DNA of 64,000 nucleotides from a bacterium (GCA_043800725.1 JAZDMR010000011.1:85369-149368), one strand, 5' to 3'; shown: positions 35,711 to 46,529, numbered from the stretch's first letter. The notes: a model not told the origin generated them from the letters alone. Made by a program: numbers and translations.

Positions 35711-37001
35711 AAAAAATCCAGCTCAGCCTTATTCCATAGTTACCCTGCCGACTGGCTTAAGGGTGTTAACCGTGCCCCTGCACGATACAAAAGCCGTGAC
35801 CGTTTTGGTTTTGACCAAGGTTGGTTCGCGCTATGAATCCAAGCGCATTAATGGCATTTCCCATTTTGTTGAGCATCTGATGTTCAAAGGAACAAAAAAA
35901 CGTCCGAATAGTTTAGCGATTTCCAAGCTGCTGGATGGCGTAGGCGCGGAGTACAATGCTTTCACGTCCAAGGATCATACCGGCTATTACGTGAAAATAA
36001 ACAGCGAGCATTTGGATCTGGCCCTGGATGTGGTTTCGGACATGCTTAATAATTCCAAGTTCGACCCCAAGGAAATTGATCGTGAACGAGGGGTGATCAT
36101 TGAGGAAATTAACATGTACGAGGATAATCCTCTGATGTATCTGGAAGACATTTTCGAGCAAACACTTTATTCAGGCAGCACTTTGGGCAGGTTAATTGCC
36201 GGGCCACGCATCAATATTAAAAATATCAGCCGGCAGAATATCCTGGATTTTGTGAAAACGCACTATATTCCCTCAAACATGCTGGTAGCGGTATCCGGCA
36301 GATTTGACGAAACCAAGATCAAAAAACAGATCAAATCGTATTTCAGCCAAACTTCCGCCAAGCGAACCCCCAGCCGCTTTAAAAAATTCAGCTACCAGGG
36401 CAGCAAGCCAAAGATCGGCCTGGAATACAAAGACACTGAGCAAGCTCAAATCGGCCTGGGCTTTCCGGCCGTTTCTTACTTTAGCAATCAGCTGTCCGCT
36501 TTTGTGATTTTGAGCACCATCTTGGGAGGCAACATGAGTTCTCGATTATTCATCCAGATCCGCGAACGCCGAGGCTTGGCTTATGCCATTCGCTGCACGC
36601 CTACGGTTTACCAGGATACTGGCAATCTGTTTATCCAGGCCGGAGTAGCGCGCGCGCGGGCTGAAGAATCCATTTCAGCAATACTGTTCGAGCTTGAAAA
36701 GGTGGCTGACAAGGGCGTTACCAGCGTTGAATTAGCCCGAGCCAAAGAATTTATCAAAGGCAAGCTAATCTTGGAGCTGGAAGACTCGGAAAGCATTGGC
36801 GCTTGGTTTGCCAAGCAATGGCTGCTGACCAATAAAATAGAAACCCCCAACGATAAGCTAATAAAAATTCAAGCCGTAACCAAAGAACAAGTTAATTTAT
36901 TAGCTAAAAAACTGTTTAAGCGATCAAGGCTTAATCTGGCCGTGATTGGCCCGTTTAAAAGCACCAAGCAGTTTGGTAAGTTGATTAATAAGAAGAGTTG
37001 A
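35703..37001 (+). CDS. M16-family (pitrilysin-like) zinc peptidase
   Basis: Inverted zinc motif HFVEHLMFKGT...E; 432 aa. Confidence 0.8.
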   Translation: MLKKNPAQPYSIVTLPTGLRVLTVPLHDTKAVTVLVLTKVGSRYESKRINGISHFVEHLMFKGTKKRPNSLAISKLLDGVGAEYNAFTSKDHTGYYVKINSEHLDLALDVVSDMLNNSKFDPKEIDRERGVIIEEINMYEDNPLMYLEDIFEQTLYSGSTLGRLIAGPRINIKNISRQNILDFVKTHYIPSNMLVAVSGRFDETKIKKQIKSYFSQTSAKRTPSRFKKFSYQGSKPKIGLEYKDTEQAQIGLGFPAVSYFSNQLSAFVILSTILGGNMSSRLFIQIRERRGLAYAIRCTPTVYQDTGNLFIQAGVARARAEESISAILFELEKVADKGVTSVELARAKEFIKGKLILELEDSESIGAWFAKQWLLTNKIETPNDKLIKIQAVTKEQVNLLAKKLFKRSRLNLAVIGPFKSTKQFGKLINKKS

Positions 37002-37224
37002 TTGCTTACTTTTTTTGGCAGGTAATCCAAAATCAGTCTTCGAGGGACTTAAGAAGCCTGATTAGATTTATTATTTTGGTTCTCGATGGAGCCTGTCCTG
37101 ATGTATATTAGGACTCGAATACTGAATAAAAAAACGATGCAGCAGATGACGGAAACGATGCGGATCGTCCAATATCGGCTACCCCTGTTGTCTTTTGTGG
37201 TATAATATTCATTAGGAAAAGCCT

Positions 37225-38280
37225 ATGCCAGAAACCGAACCAAAATACGTTTATTTACGAGTAACCATGAGCGGGATTATCAGAATTCTGCTTGTTTTAC
37301 TAGGCTTGTTTGTAGTCTATCTGGTGCGCGATGTGATTGCTATCGTGTTTGTTTCTCTGGTGTTTGCTTCCGCTTTAGACCCATGGGTAGACGGACTCCA
37401 GCGCCGCAGCATCCCTCGGGTGTTGGGCATTATAATAATCTATGCGGTTCTGATCGGAGTGATCAGTCTGACCATTATATTATTTGTGCCGTTAATTTCC
37501 AACCAAGTTAGCCAGCTGGCGGATAAGTTTCCGACTCTGTATAACCGAGTGACAGAAGGCTTTAATATACCTGATAATCCCAATGATACGTCGTTGCTTT
37601 CCGGGATTCAGGAGATGCTTAATGCGCTTAATCAATCATTGGTAAAAATTACCAGCAGCATTTTTTCAGGGGTGGTTAGCGTATTTGGAGGCATCTTTAC
37701 TTTGTTTGGCGTACTGGTGCTGACCTTTTATATGACCCTGGAAGAGCATGGCATTAAAAAGTTTATTCAGTCGATTTCGCCCATGCGGCTGCAGGGCTAC
37801 ATAATGGAGCTGATTAACAGGATTCAGCATCGGCTGGGTTTGTGGCTGCGCGGCCAATTGATATTAAGTTTGATTATCGGCGTAATGACTTTTATCGGGC
37901 TGTCAATATTGGGGGTTAATTTCGCCATTGTCTTATCCTTATTTGCTGGCTTAACTGAATTTATTCCTATTGCCGGTCCATTCATTGGCGCAATTCCGGC
38001 TGTGCTGGTTGCCTTTAGCCAATCGCCTCTGAAGGCTCTTTTGGTAATTATCCTTTACATCATTGTTCAGCAGCTGGAAAACAACCTGATTGTGCCCAAG
38101 GTGATGCAAAAAGTAACCGGCCTGAATCCTGTAGTGGTGATTGTGGTTATGCTCATCGGCGCCAAGGTGGCGGGCATTACCGGAGTTATCCTGGCCATTC
38201 CAGTTACTATAATCGGTAATGCCATTTTGGAAGATTTTATCAAAGAGAAAAAAGCCGCCGCCAATAGGTTAGAAACGTGA
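37225..38280 (+). CDS. AI-2E family transporter (PerM/YhhT-like permease)
   Basis: 8 TM helices; ...LTEFIPIAGPFIGAIPAVLVAF... signature region. Confidence 0.75.
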   Translation: MPETEPKYVYLRVTMSGIIRILLVLLGLFVVYLVRDVIAIVFVSLVFASALDPWVDGLQRRSIPRVLGIIIIYAVLIGVISLTIILFVPLISNQVSQLADKFPTLYNRVTEGFNIPDNPNDTSLLSGIQEMLNALNQSLVKITSSIFSGVVSVFGGIFTLFGVLVLTFYMTLEEHGIKKFIQSISPMRLQGYIMELINRIQHRLGLWLRGQLILSLIIGVMTFIGLSILGVNFAIVLSLFAGLTEFIPIAGPFIGAIPAVLVAFSQSPLKALLVIILYIIVQQLENNLIVPKVMQKVTGLNPVVVIVVMLIGAKVAGITGVILAIPVTIIGNAILEDFIKEKKAAANRLET

Positions 38281-38951
38281 CACCAGGACAGCTATACATA
38301 ATCGGCACCCCGATAGGTAATTTGGAAGATCTATCCTATCGCGCGCATCGGTTGCTCACCGAGGTTGATTTTATTATTTGCGAAGATACCAGGGTAACCA
38401 AGAAGCTGCTGGAGCGCTATCACATTAATAAGCCCCTGGTGTCATACCATCAGCACAGCAAGTTAGCGCGGGTGGACAGTATTATCGCTCGTTTGAAAGA
38501 AGGAGCCAGCGCGGCATTGGTTTCCGATGCCGGCACCCCGGGCATTTCTGATCCTGGTAATCAGGTAGTTGCCCAGGCAGTCGGGAATAGCCTAACGGTA
38601 GTACCCATTCCCGGCCCCAGCGCCTTGACGTCTTTATTGTCAGTGGCCGGGATGCCCACTGATCGATTTATCTTCCTGGGGTTTTTGCCTCACAAGAAAG
38701 GCCGAGAAAAAATATTTAATCAAATCTCTCAATCAGAAGAATTAACCGGTTTTTTTGAATCGCCCCATCGCATTATTAAAACATTGGGCCAATTGATTAA
38801 ATGCTGTCCAAATTCTCAATTAGTATTAGGCAGAGAATTGACCAAGAAGTTTGAGCAGATTGTCAGAGGCACCCCAGAAGCGGTTTTGGCCGAGCTGACC
38901 AAGTCGCCAGAAACATTGAAAGGTGAATTTGTTGTTTTAATAAAAAAATGA
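38277..38951 (+). CDS. rsmI: 16S rRNA (cytidine1402-2'-O)-methyltransferase RsmI (GTG start)
   Basis: LYIIGTPIGNLEDLSYRA...ICEDTRVTKKLL... tetrapyrrole-methylase fold typical of RsmI. Confidence 0.8.
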   Translation: MTPGQLYIIGTPIGNLEDLSYRAHRLLTEVDFIICEDTRVTKKLLERYHINKPLVSYHQHSKLARVDSIIARLKEGASAALVSDAGTPGISDPGNQVVAQAVGNSLTVVPIPGPSALTSLLSVAGMPTDRFIFLGFLPHKKGREKIFNQISQSEELTGFFESPHRIIKTLGQLIKCCPNSQLVLGRELTKKFEQIVRGTPEAVLAELTKSPETLKGEFVVLIKK

Positions 38952-39018
38952 TAATCATTACGAGAAGTCCCGACGTAACATCGGGGATTCGCAATGACTG
39001 ACTATTGTTAACATATTT

Positions 39019-40473
39019 ATGATCAAGAAATTCTACGTGACAACCCCAATTTACTATGTAAATGACCAGCCGCATATTGGCCATGCGTATACCACTATTG
39101 CTGCGGACGTATTGGCGCGCTACTGGCGCAATAAATTGGGCAAGGATAAAGTATTTTTTTTAACTGGCACTGACGAGCACGGCGATAAAGTGGCAGCTGG
39201 CGCAAAAGCCGAAGGTTTAGAAATTACAGAATTTGTAGATAAATACGCTAGTAAATTCCAAGAAACTTTTAAAAGATTAAGTATTGATTATAATAAATTT
39301 ATTCGCACTACTGAACCGGAACACAACGATTCAGTCCAGATTTTTATGAACAAGCTAAATCAAGCCGGGGCTGTTTATCAGGGCGTTTACGAAGGATTAT
39401 ATTGCCGGGACTGCGAAGATTTTTATCGGGAAAAGGATTTAGCAGACGGCCAATGCCCGGTTCATTTAAAGCCGCCCGAATTGGTTAAAGAAAAGAATTG
39501 GTTTTTTCGCTTGGAAAAATATTTACGCCAGGTGGAAGAGCTGATTGCCTCGGGAGAATTAGTTATTGAGCCGGTTAATATTAATAAAGAAGTGCAGGGT
39601 TTATTAAAGCAAGGGCTGAAAGATTTTTCCATTACTCGCGAGCGGGTAAATTGGGGCTTGGATTTTCCTGTTGATAGCAGTCTGAAAATATATGTCTGGG
39701 TTGAGGCTTTGCAAAATTATATTTCAGCAATCGGCTATGGTAGAGACGACAAAGAGTTCAACGCCTGGTGGCCAGCGGATATTCATTTGATGGCCAAGGA
39801 CATTATTAAATTCCATTGCATTTATTGGCCGGCCATGTTATTGGCTGCCGGGGAAAAGCTGCCCAGAAAAATATTTGCCCATGGCTTTTTCACAGTTAAT
39901 GGCCAAAAAATGTCCAAAACATTAAAAAATGCAATTGATCCTAACAAGTTGATTAATAAATTCGGCGCTGATGCCACTCGCTATTTATTACTTTCTCAGT
40001 TTCCATTTGGTCAGGACGGCGATATTAAAGAATCGTCTTTTGATGAGCAGTATCAGGCCAGTCTGGCAAACGGCGTTGGCAATCTGGTTGCCAGAGTCAG
40101 CAAAATGATTGAGCAGTATTTGGATGGCCAGATTAATAAATCAATTAAACCTAGCCAGGAATTTAATCAGCATTGTGAATTAATAGAGCAGGAGATTGAG
40201 CAGCTTCATTTGCAGGGCGCTATAAAAACCATTCAAAAAGCTTTATCGTCTCTAGATGAAGTAATTGAAAAAGCCCAGCCCTGGCAAATGGCCAAGGAAG
40301 ACAAACCACAAGAGCTTAAAGAAATCTTGTCCCAGCAGGCAGCTAGCATATTGAAATTGGCTCAATATATTCAGCTGTTTATGCCAGAAACTGGGCAGAA
40401 GATTCAAGACCAATTTAAGCAGGATAAAATAACAAAAGGTGAAATTCTATTCCCTAGAATCGAGTCAGAATAA
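39019..40473 (+). CDS. metG: methionyl-tRNA synthetase
   Basis: TTPIYYVNDQPHIGHAYTT (HIGH) and KMSKTLKN (KMSKS); Zn knuckle CRDCEDFY...CPVH. Confidence 0.9.
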   Translation: MIKKFYVTTPIYYVNDQPHIGHAYTTIAADVLARYWRNKLGKDKVFFLTGTDEHGDKVAAGAKAEGLEITEFVDKYASKFQETFKRLSIDYNKFIRTTEPEHNDSVQIFMNKLNQAGAVYQGVYEGLYCRDCEDFYREKDLADGQCPVHLKPPELVKEKNWFFRLEKYLRQVEELIASGELVIEPVNINKEVQGLLKQGLKDFSITRERVNWGLDFPVDSSLKIYVWVEALQNYISAIGYGRDDKEFNAWWPADIHLMAKDIIKFHCIYWPAMLLAAGEKLPRKIFAHGFFTVNGQKMSKTLKNAIDPNKLINKFGADATRYLLLSQFPFGQDGDIKESSFDEQYQASLANGVGNLVARVSKMIEQYLDGQINKSIKPSQEFNQHCELIEQEIEQLHLQGAIKTIQKALSSLDEVIEKAQPWQMAKEDKPQELKEILSQQAASILKLAQYIQLFMPETGQKIQDQFKQDKITKGEILFPRIESE

Positions 40474-40578
40474 TTGACGCTCATAGGCAAATGTGCTATT
40501 ATGACACTAGAATAATTTTGTGTTTGCGCTATTTCTGCGCAAACACCTTATTTCATTTATTAGTTTTTAAACATATGT

Positions 40579-41196
40579 ATGATTGAGCGCGGATCATCTC
40601 CAAAAGAAATGAGGCTGGACCCCAATGCATCAGAGTGGAAAGCCCCGGAAAAAGAAACAGGGGAGGGTGTTGTAGTACCTAAATCTGCGGAAATGGAAGC
40701 CGATGCTGGAGTCAGGGAAAGAAGTAAGTTCGAATTAGAGCAAGTACCTGAAAGTCCTGCTGAAAAAAGTATTATGGAAGCTGGGACAGATCGAATAAAG
40801 GGTATGGAAAAGAAATGGGGATCGTTTAAAGAAGGATTAGCAAATAGATTCGGAGGTCTAGGTAAAGGCATAGAAAAAAAATTAGCATCAGCCATGAACA
40901 CGAAGGAAGCAACTAAGGAAGTTAAAGGTTATGGCAAAGAAAAACCGGACACTGGAAAACAAAAAATATTTGATAGTGCAATAGGGCTTTGGAGAAAAGG
41001 AATGGACTTAAAAGATGGTGCTGTAAGAGAAATACGCGCGAGTATTTTGGAATTTCAAAGCTGTATGAAGGCTGTCCGATCCACCAGAGAAAATGACACG
41101 CGACATCAAGAGTATTTATCTTTACAAGCTAAATTACCAGAATTAAAAGATAGGATTGGAAAAATAAATGCTTTTGCAGCAGAGTTTGGTGGTTAA
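40579..41196 (+). CDS. hypothetical K/E-rich protein
   Basis: 205 aa, low complexity, coiled-coil-like. Confidence 0.35.
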   Translation: MIERGSSPKEMRLDPNASEWKAPEKETGEGVVVPKSAEMEADAGVRERSKFELEQVPESPAEKSIMEAGTDRIKGMEKKWGSFKEGLANRFGGLGKGIEKKLASAMNTKEATKEVKGYGKEKPDTGKQKIFDSAIGLWRKGMDLKDGAVREIRASILEFQSCMKAVRSTRENDTRHQEYLSLQAKLPELKDRIGKINAFAAEFGG

Positions 41197-41205
41197 TTTA
41201 AAAAT

Positions 41206-41544
41206 ATGGATAATAAACAAGCTATCGAATTATTACAAAAGTCTGATCTACCTGAGGCAGAAAAAAACCGTTTAACCAAGCTCTTGGAAACCAAAGGCTG
41301 GAACGCTGAAGTGCAAAAAGAAGTCTTGAACACTATCCAAAAGACCGCTAATATATTTCAGTCGGAAATGGAATCAATCAAAGAAAAGACCGGCGCTTAT
41401 GAAGAAGAAATGGCCAAGGAAGAAAAGCGCCTGGTACAAGAAACCCAAGCCAAAATTGACCATACTGTGGCTGAATTTGATAAAAGCTTAGATGAGCTGG
41501 ACCAAGAAGCCGACGCAGTGATCGAGCAAGCCAAACAGGAATAA
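41206..41544 (+). CDS. hypothetical coiled-coil protein
   Basis: 112 aa, E/K-rich. Confidence 0.35.
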   Translation: MDNKQAIELLQKSDLPEAEKNRLTKLLETKGWNAEVQKEVLNTIQKTANIFQSEMESIKEKTGAYEEEMAKEEKRLVQETQAKIDHTVAEFDKSLDELDQEADAVIEQAKQE

Positions 41545-41704
41545 AATAGCAAAGACCGCCAGTCTGTTATATTTTAAACTGTGGGCAGGTTAGGGGTGTC
41601 CGCGATTACCCACTAGTGGTTTATGGACCCTCAGGTTTATGTTACGATACAAGCAAGACAGTATTCCAAGGCTTTGATTTTTCAATCATTAACCCTTTAT
41701 ACGC

Positions 41705-42223
41705 ATGACTTTATTTGATTTCATACTTATCCTGGTATTGTTTGGTTTTACTTGGTTCGGCTTCTGGGCCGGGCTAATCAAGACTTTTGGCTCGCTGATC
41801 GGCGTTTTTGTGGGAGCCTTTTTTTCAGGCTTATGGTATCAGCCGATGTCGGGATTTATTGAGCCATTCATTGGCGGCAACGGGGTGATCGCTGACGTGG
41901 TGGGATTTATTTTGGTTTATATGATTGCCACCCAACTGTTTGGTATTGCGGTTTTATTGATTAACAAAGCGTTTAATATCTTTGCCATTGTTCCGGGCAT
42001 GAAGCTTTTGAACAGAATGGGCGGAGGTATTTTGGGGTTTATTGAAGGAACTTTGTTAATCGGAATCGTACTGCAATTTATCAGCCGCCTGCCCTTAAGC
42101 GACGCTTGGATCGAACGGCTGGCCGAGTCTGACGTGGTGGGCTATTTTGCAGGATTGACCGGCTGGCTGGTGCCGCTGTTTCCCAAAGCGCTGGAGGGTT
42201 TGACTTCTATTTTTATTAAATAA
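41705..42223 (+). CDS. CvpA-family membrane protein
   Basis: 4 TM helices; MTLFDFILILVLFGFTWFGFWAGLIKT... N-terminus typical of CvpA. Confidence 0.6.
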   Translation: MTLFDFILILVLFGFTWFGFWAGLIKTFGSLIGVFVGAFFSGLWYQPMSGFIEPFIGGNGVIADVVGFILVYMIATQLFGIAVLLINKAFNIFAIVPGMKLLNRMGGGILGFIEGTLLIGIVLQFISRLPLSDAWIERLAESDVVGYFAGLTGWLVPLFPKALEGLTSIFIK

Positions 42224-42233
42224 CCCCTAAGCG

Positions 42234-43025
42234 ATGCCTGGACTAGTTGATTCGCACTGCCACTTAAATTACAAAAAATATAATGACGACTACCGAGAAG
42301 TAATTTCTCGGAGTTTGGAGCAGGGCATGAAAATAGTCATACCCAGTTCGCAATTGGCTACCAGCCAGCGGGCTGTGGAGATTGCCAAAGAGTTCAATGA
42401 TGTTTATGCGGCCGTAGCCCTGCACCCAATCCATATAGTAGACGAAGAGTTTGATGATCTTGAGTATTTAAAACTGGCCAAGCAGCCGGAGGTGGTGGGT
42501 ATTGGCGAGACTGGTTTGGATAAGTTTCGTATTTACGCAGTTAGTGAAGGAGAAGAAGAAGCTATCTTTGCCAAACAGATTAAAGTTTTTAAACAGCATT
42601 TGGAAGTGGCGGAAGCAGTTAACAAGCCCGTGATCATGCATTGCCGGGAAGCTTATCAAGAGCAATTGGAAGTTATCATGGCGCGCGGCTTAAAGGTAAA
42701 ATCGGTAATTCATTGCTTTATTGGCAATCGTGAGCAAGTTGGCGGCTTTCTCGACTTTGGCTCGTATGTGGGCTTTACCGGCATTATCACTTTCAAAAAC
42801 GTTGAACCTGAGTTACTTGATGTGGTCAAGGAGACGCCATTAGACAAGATATTGATTGAAACTGACTCGCCTTATTTAGCACCAGTGCCGCATCGAGGCC
42901 AGCGTAATGAGCCTTTGTATGTAGAATTCGTAGCCAGGAAAATTGCAGAAGTGAAAGGCATTTCCTATGAAGAAGTGGTTGAAGCGACTAGGGAGAATGC
43001 GATTCAGTTATTTGGGTTGAAATAA
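42234..43025 (+). CDS. tatD: TatD-family metal-dependent hydrolase/DNase
   Basis: LVDSHCHLN...; conserved His/Glu/Asp ligands of the TIM-barrel metal site. Confidence 0.85.
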   Translation: MPGLVDSHCHLNYKKYNDDYREVISRSLEQGMKIVIPSSQLATSQRAVEIAKEFNDVYAAVALHPIHIVDEEFDDLEYLKLAKQPEVVGIGETGLDKFRIYAVSEGEEEAIFAKQIKVFKQHLEVAEAVNKPVIMHCREAYQEQLEVIMARGLKVKSVIHCFIGNREQVGGFLDFGSYVGFTGIITFKNVEPELLDVVKETPLDKILIETDSPYLAPVPHRGQRNEPLYVEFVARKIAEVKGISYEEVVEATRENAIQLFGLK

Positions 43026-43372
43026 CACCGCACAGTCATTCCCAGACTGTCATTGCGAGCCCAAAGGGCGTGTCACCGCGGAGCGGTATCCCGCCTCTAA
43101 AATTGTTGCGAGATGACGCGGGAGCAATCTCGTTGTATTGATAAAACGAGACTGCTTCGCGGAGCTCGCAGTGACTGGAAAGGTGCGCGTTGTTTGTATT
43201 GACACTTTTTTATACACCTGCTAACTTGTTTTTGCTGGAGGTTGATCCTGACGGATTTCCAGCGATGTCGCGAACAGTCAGGTCTCTGTGTAATGACGCC
43301 TCCGGTCGCATAGAGGAAGAACAGAGGCATTGCGGTCTGTAGCTTATCAATTACACAGACCGTAGTGGTCAA

Positions 43373-43410
43373 CCCCCGGGCAATCTAAGGGCCCGGGGGA
43401 TATTTTTATT
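43373..43410 (+). terminator. strong rho-independent terminator (cccccgggc...gcccggggg + T-run), ~350 nt after tatD
   Basis: 9-bp GC stem plus TATTTTTATT; implies a ~350-nt non-coding transcript segment at 43030-43410. Confidence 0.6.
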
Positions 43411-43766
43411 AGTATGAACTCGTAATACTTTTTGTCTTTACTTTTTATAAAAAATGCGCTATACTATATTCTTCCGGTGATAAACCGGATATTTTGTACC
43501 TTAATATTTTGAAAGGAGGAACCTAAGTCTTACATTGCACCTTACTAAAAATTCTTCATCATCCAAATCACAAAACAAAAATCACAACATAAATAATAAT
43601 AATGAATACATGCGCATGTTCACTGACCTGCGTCGTGTTCTCGATGATTTAAAGCGCGCCATGGAGTCAGACAAGTAATTTAATTGACAGAGGGGTTTTC
43701 GATTGATAGGGTGGGCTTAGATCATCGATCATCGAAAACCTAGGGAAATTAAGGAGGGATATCCAG

Positions 43767-44195
43767 ATGAAAATCACTGGTTGGTTTCTGATAATTGCTA
43801 TGTTGTTGGTCGTTGTTCCAAGCCTGGTGCAGGCAGAGCCACCACTTTTGGTGCCGTTTGAGGTCGGCCCTGACTTCGGTGTTTTTGATGGCTACCTGAC
43901 ACTTAGATCGGTAATATTACAGCTAACGCGACCAGCCTATACCGGGCTAATTCTGGAAGAAATGGAGCGGCTGGGATATTTTCCCGCTACCTGGAAATTC
44001 TGGTCTGTCTGGCGCTGGCCGATGGGGGACAACATTACCAATCAGTATCCGATTATTGCTTTTATAGGCTTTCGGGAGGGCGATGAACTTGAAACCTGGG
44101 AGTTATACCATTCCCAATACCATCGTTGCTTTATAGAGTATTGGGACCCAGCAGTTAACCCGCATATGTTTCAGGTGTATGTGGAGGTAAAATAA
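43767..44195 (+). CDS. secreted hypothetical protein, tandem paralog 1
   Basis: Signal peptide MKITGWFLIIAMLLVVVPSLVQAE; shares QLTRPAY.GLI.EE.E.LG and the promoter/RBS region with the next gene. Confidence 0.5.
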   Translation: MKITGWFLIIAMLLVVVPSLVQAEPPLLVPFEVGPDFGVFDGYLTLRSVILQLTRPAYTGLILEEMERLGYFPATWKFWSVWRWPMGDNITNQYPIIAFIGFREGDELETWELYHSQYHRCFIEYWDPAVNPHMFQVYVEVK

Positions 44196-44366
44196 TTGCC
44201 AACCTGAAGTAAAATACTTCAATCACGCCCTACCACCCCTAACCCATCCTAATAAAGGAAGGGAACTGAGGGAGGTAGGGCGTTTACATAATTGACAGCC
44301 TAGACATCGATTGATAGAGTGGGCCTAGATCGTTGAAAACCTAGGTAAAAAAGGAGGGATATCCAA

Positions 44367-44837
44367 ATGAAAACGACTGGTTGGTTTTTGGTACTCGCTA
44401 TTCTAATGGGAACAGTGCCCAGCTTGGTTCAGGCTGAGTCTTTACTGGTGTATGTGCAGACGGACATTACTTTCAAGGTGGATGACTGCCTGACGGTTCA
44501 GCCGATGGTTGTCCAGCTTACTCGGCCGGCTTATATGGGCCTGATCTGGGAGGAGATCGAGAAGCTGGGTGAGTTGGGTGTCTGGATCACTGGCGGACAG
44601 GTCGAATTGGCTGACCAGAAGGTTTTTGATGCCTGGACCTATTTTTCGTTTGGTCAGGCAGTTACTGATCATTATCCAGTCTATGCTGGGGCATATGTTG
44701 ACCAGCTTGGTCAGCATTTCTACCAGCTTCATCGAGCGCGCTACTCAACAAGTTTCTACCGGGAATTCTGGGATACCCGGGTCTATGGACCGATCTACTT
44801 CCTGGTCTACAAGAAGGTCGAAGGTCCGCCATTGTAA
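44367..44837 (+). CDS. secreted hypothetical protein, tandem paralog 2
   Basis: Signal peptide MKTTGWFLVLAILMGTVPSLVQAE; duplicated upstream ~70-bp leader. Confidence 0.5.
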   Translation: MKTTGWFLVLAILMGTVPSLVQAESLLVYVQTDITFKVDDCLTVQPMVVQLTRPAYMGLIWEEIEKLGELGVWITGGQVELADQKVFDAWTYFSFGQAVTDHYPVYAGAYVDQLGQHFYQLHRARYSTSFYREFWDTRVYGPIYFLVYKKVEGPPL

Positions 44838-44982
44838 CAATAATCTCAAAAGATTCGAATAACCCCATTTCGTTTAATACGAGGTGGGGTGTTTTGCTAT
44901 ATCCAAAATTAGCCTTCGACCTAAGTGGAGAAGCCTGATGTTCTTTGTAAGCTGTAATTAGGTTCTCGACCGTGCTCGAACA

Positions 44983-45987
44983 CTAATTACTGTCTGGCTT
45001 ATCTAACTTGGACGTGTTGTCAGTCTTAGCAATCCTAATTATATCCTTATTGATCTTTTTAAATTCACCGTCAGCTGCCTGATAAGCATTTTGGGTTGTT
45101 TGGAGATGGTTGCCGACTTTGGTATGGTGCTCATGATAAATTCGAAGATGTCGACCAAGTGCCTCAACGTTCTTTTTAATTTCGATGGCGGATTCTTCGA
45201 TCTGCAAAGCACGTAAGCCCTGAAGCACTGTTTGCAAGTAGGCTAGAAAGGAAGTCGGGGAAACAATGATCACTCGATACTTGCCCCCGGCCCGCTGGAT
45301 AAGATTTTCAGTATTTTCTTTTACAGCACCGACTTTGTTCGTCAGCAGATCGTAATAGATTGCTTCGGACGGGATAAACATAAAAGCGAATTCAAGCGTA
45401 CCCTCTCCGGGCCGGATATATTTGGCAGTTTCTTGGATTCTGAGTTTTAAGTCGTTAACAAAAGCTTTTTCTAATCGCTCTTTCTCTTGTGGATCGGTTG
45501 TTTCAACAAGCCGGTTATAATTATCAAGTGAGAATTTTGCGTCAATCGGGATTATTTTTTCTTTTACTCGAACAATCGCGTCGACTATCTCACCGTCCTT
45601 GAATCGGTATTGTAGCTCGTAACTGCCAGGGGGTAGGACATTTTTTAAAACTGTTTCTAAGTAATATTCACCAACCGCCCCGCGCTGCTTGGGGTTTTTC
45701 AGCAAATCCTGCAAGTTTTGAAGCTGGCCGGAGAAATTAAGCACTTGCTTATTGGTTTCATCCAGCTTGGTCAGTTTTTCTGTTACGTTCTGAATTATCT
45801 TGGTACTTTCTCCAATTTGAGAATCCAGGCGACTCTGGAGAGACTGAATATTCTGATTCAGCATGACAAAGGAAGTATCATTCTTGTCCTTGGTTTCAAA
45901 ATTATTCAATCTGCGTGTAAACAAAATCAGGCCAGCTAACATGGTAATAAGTAGGATTCCAAGTGCGATCAGTATGATTGTATCCAT
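44983..45987 (-). CDS. rmuC: DNA recombination protein RmuC
   Basis: N-terminal TM, coiled coil, ...KQRGAVGEYYLETVL...; conserved RmuC C-domain. Confidence 0.75.
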   Translation of the reverse strand: MDTIILIALGILLITMLAGLILFTRRLNNFETKDKNDTSFVMLNQNIQSLQSRLDSQIGESTKIIQNVTEKLTKLDETNKQVLNFSGQLQNLQDLLKNPKQRGAVGEYYLETVLKNVLPPGSYELQYRFKDGEIVDAIVRVKEKIIPIDAKFSLDNYNRLVETTDPQEKERLEKAFVNDLKLRIQETAKYIRPGEGTLEFAFMFIPSEAIYYDLLTNKVGAVKENTENLIQRAGGKYRVIIVSPTSFLAYLQTVLQGLRALQIEESAIEIKKNVEALGRHLRIYHEHHTKVGNHLQTTQNAYQAADGEFKKINKDIIRIAKTDNTSKLDKPDSN

Positions 45988-46025
45988 ATTCGAATTTTTA
46001 CTATTTTAAAGGTTTGAGGTAAATA

Positions 46026-46529
46026 TTATGAAAAATCTTGCTTAAGGAAATTTTCAACTTCGTTTATAAGAGTTTCTTCTTGTTCAATAAGCTCTTCCAT
46101 GAGTTCAATGCGGGTGGAGTGAGCTTTTTGGGGTAATTGTCCGATTTTGTCCATAGTTTGAGTAATAGCATTCCTGCGTTCATCTATTGATTTAAATAAG
46201 GCATCAAGAGCTTGTATGTAAGATTCCTTAGGAATTTGTCCCTCAAATGGTAAAGAGAATTTCAGTCTGCTTATTGCATCATCTTCTTTATCAACTAAGT
46301 CTTTGAAACGGGAGAGTAATATTTTTGCATCATTTTTCAGCCAATATTTTTCTTCTTCACTAAGGGGTTTATCAAGTTTTTCTCGAGCAGATGCTTCAAT
46401 TTTTTCTAGTGAAACTTTCCAAGATTCAGTAAGACCACGCTTGACCGCTTCGTGAAAATTTTCATCTATTCCCTCCATTCTGTCTCTTTCTTCCGGGGTT
46501 AACGGTCTTGGTTTTTCGCTTTCGGGCAT
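46026..46529 (-). CDS. hypothetical coiled-coil protein
   Basis: 167 aa, E/K-rich. Confidence 0.35.
   Translation of the reverse strand: MPESEKPRPLTPEERDRMEGIDENFHEAVKRGLTESWKVSLEKIEASAREKLDKPLSEEEKYWLKNDAKILLSRFKDLVDKEDDAISRLKFSLPFEGQIPKESYIQALDALFKSIDERRNAITQTMDKIGQLPQKAHSTRIELMEELIEQEETLINEVENFLKQDFS

Noticed and set aside
40560-40901. 113-aa minus-strand ORF
   Set aside because: It is antisense to the K/E-rich gene 40579..41196; low-complexity mirror ORF.
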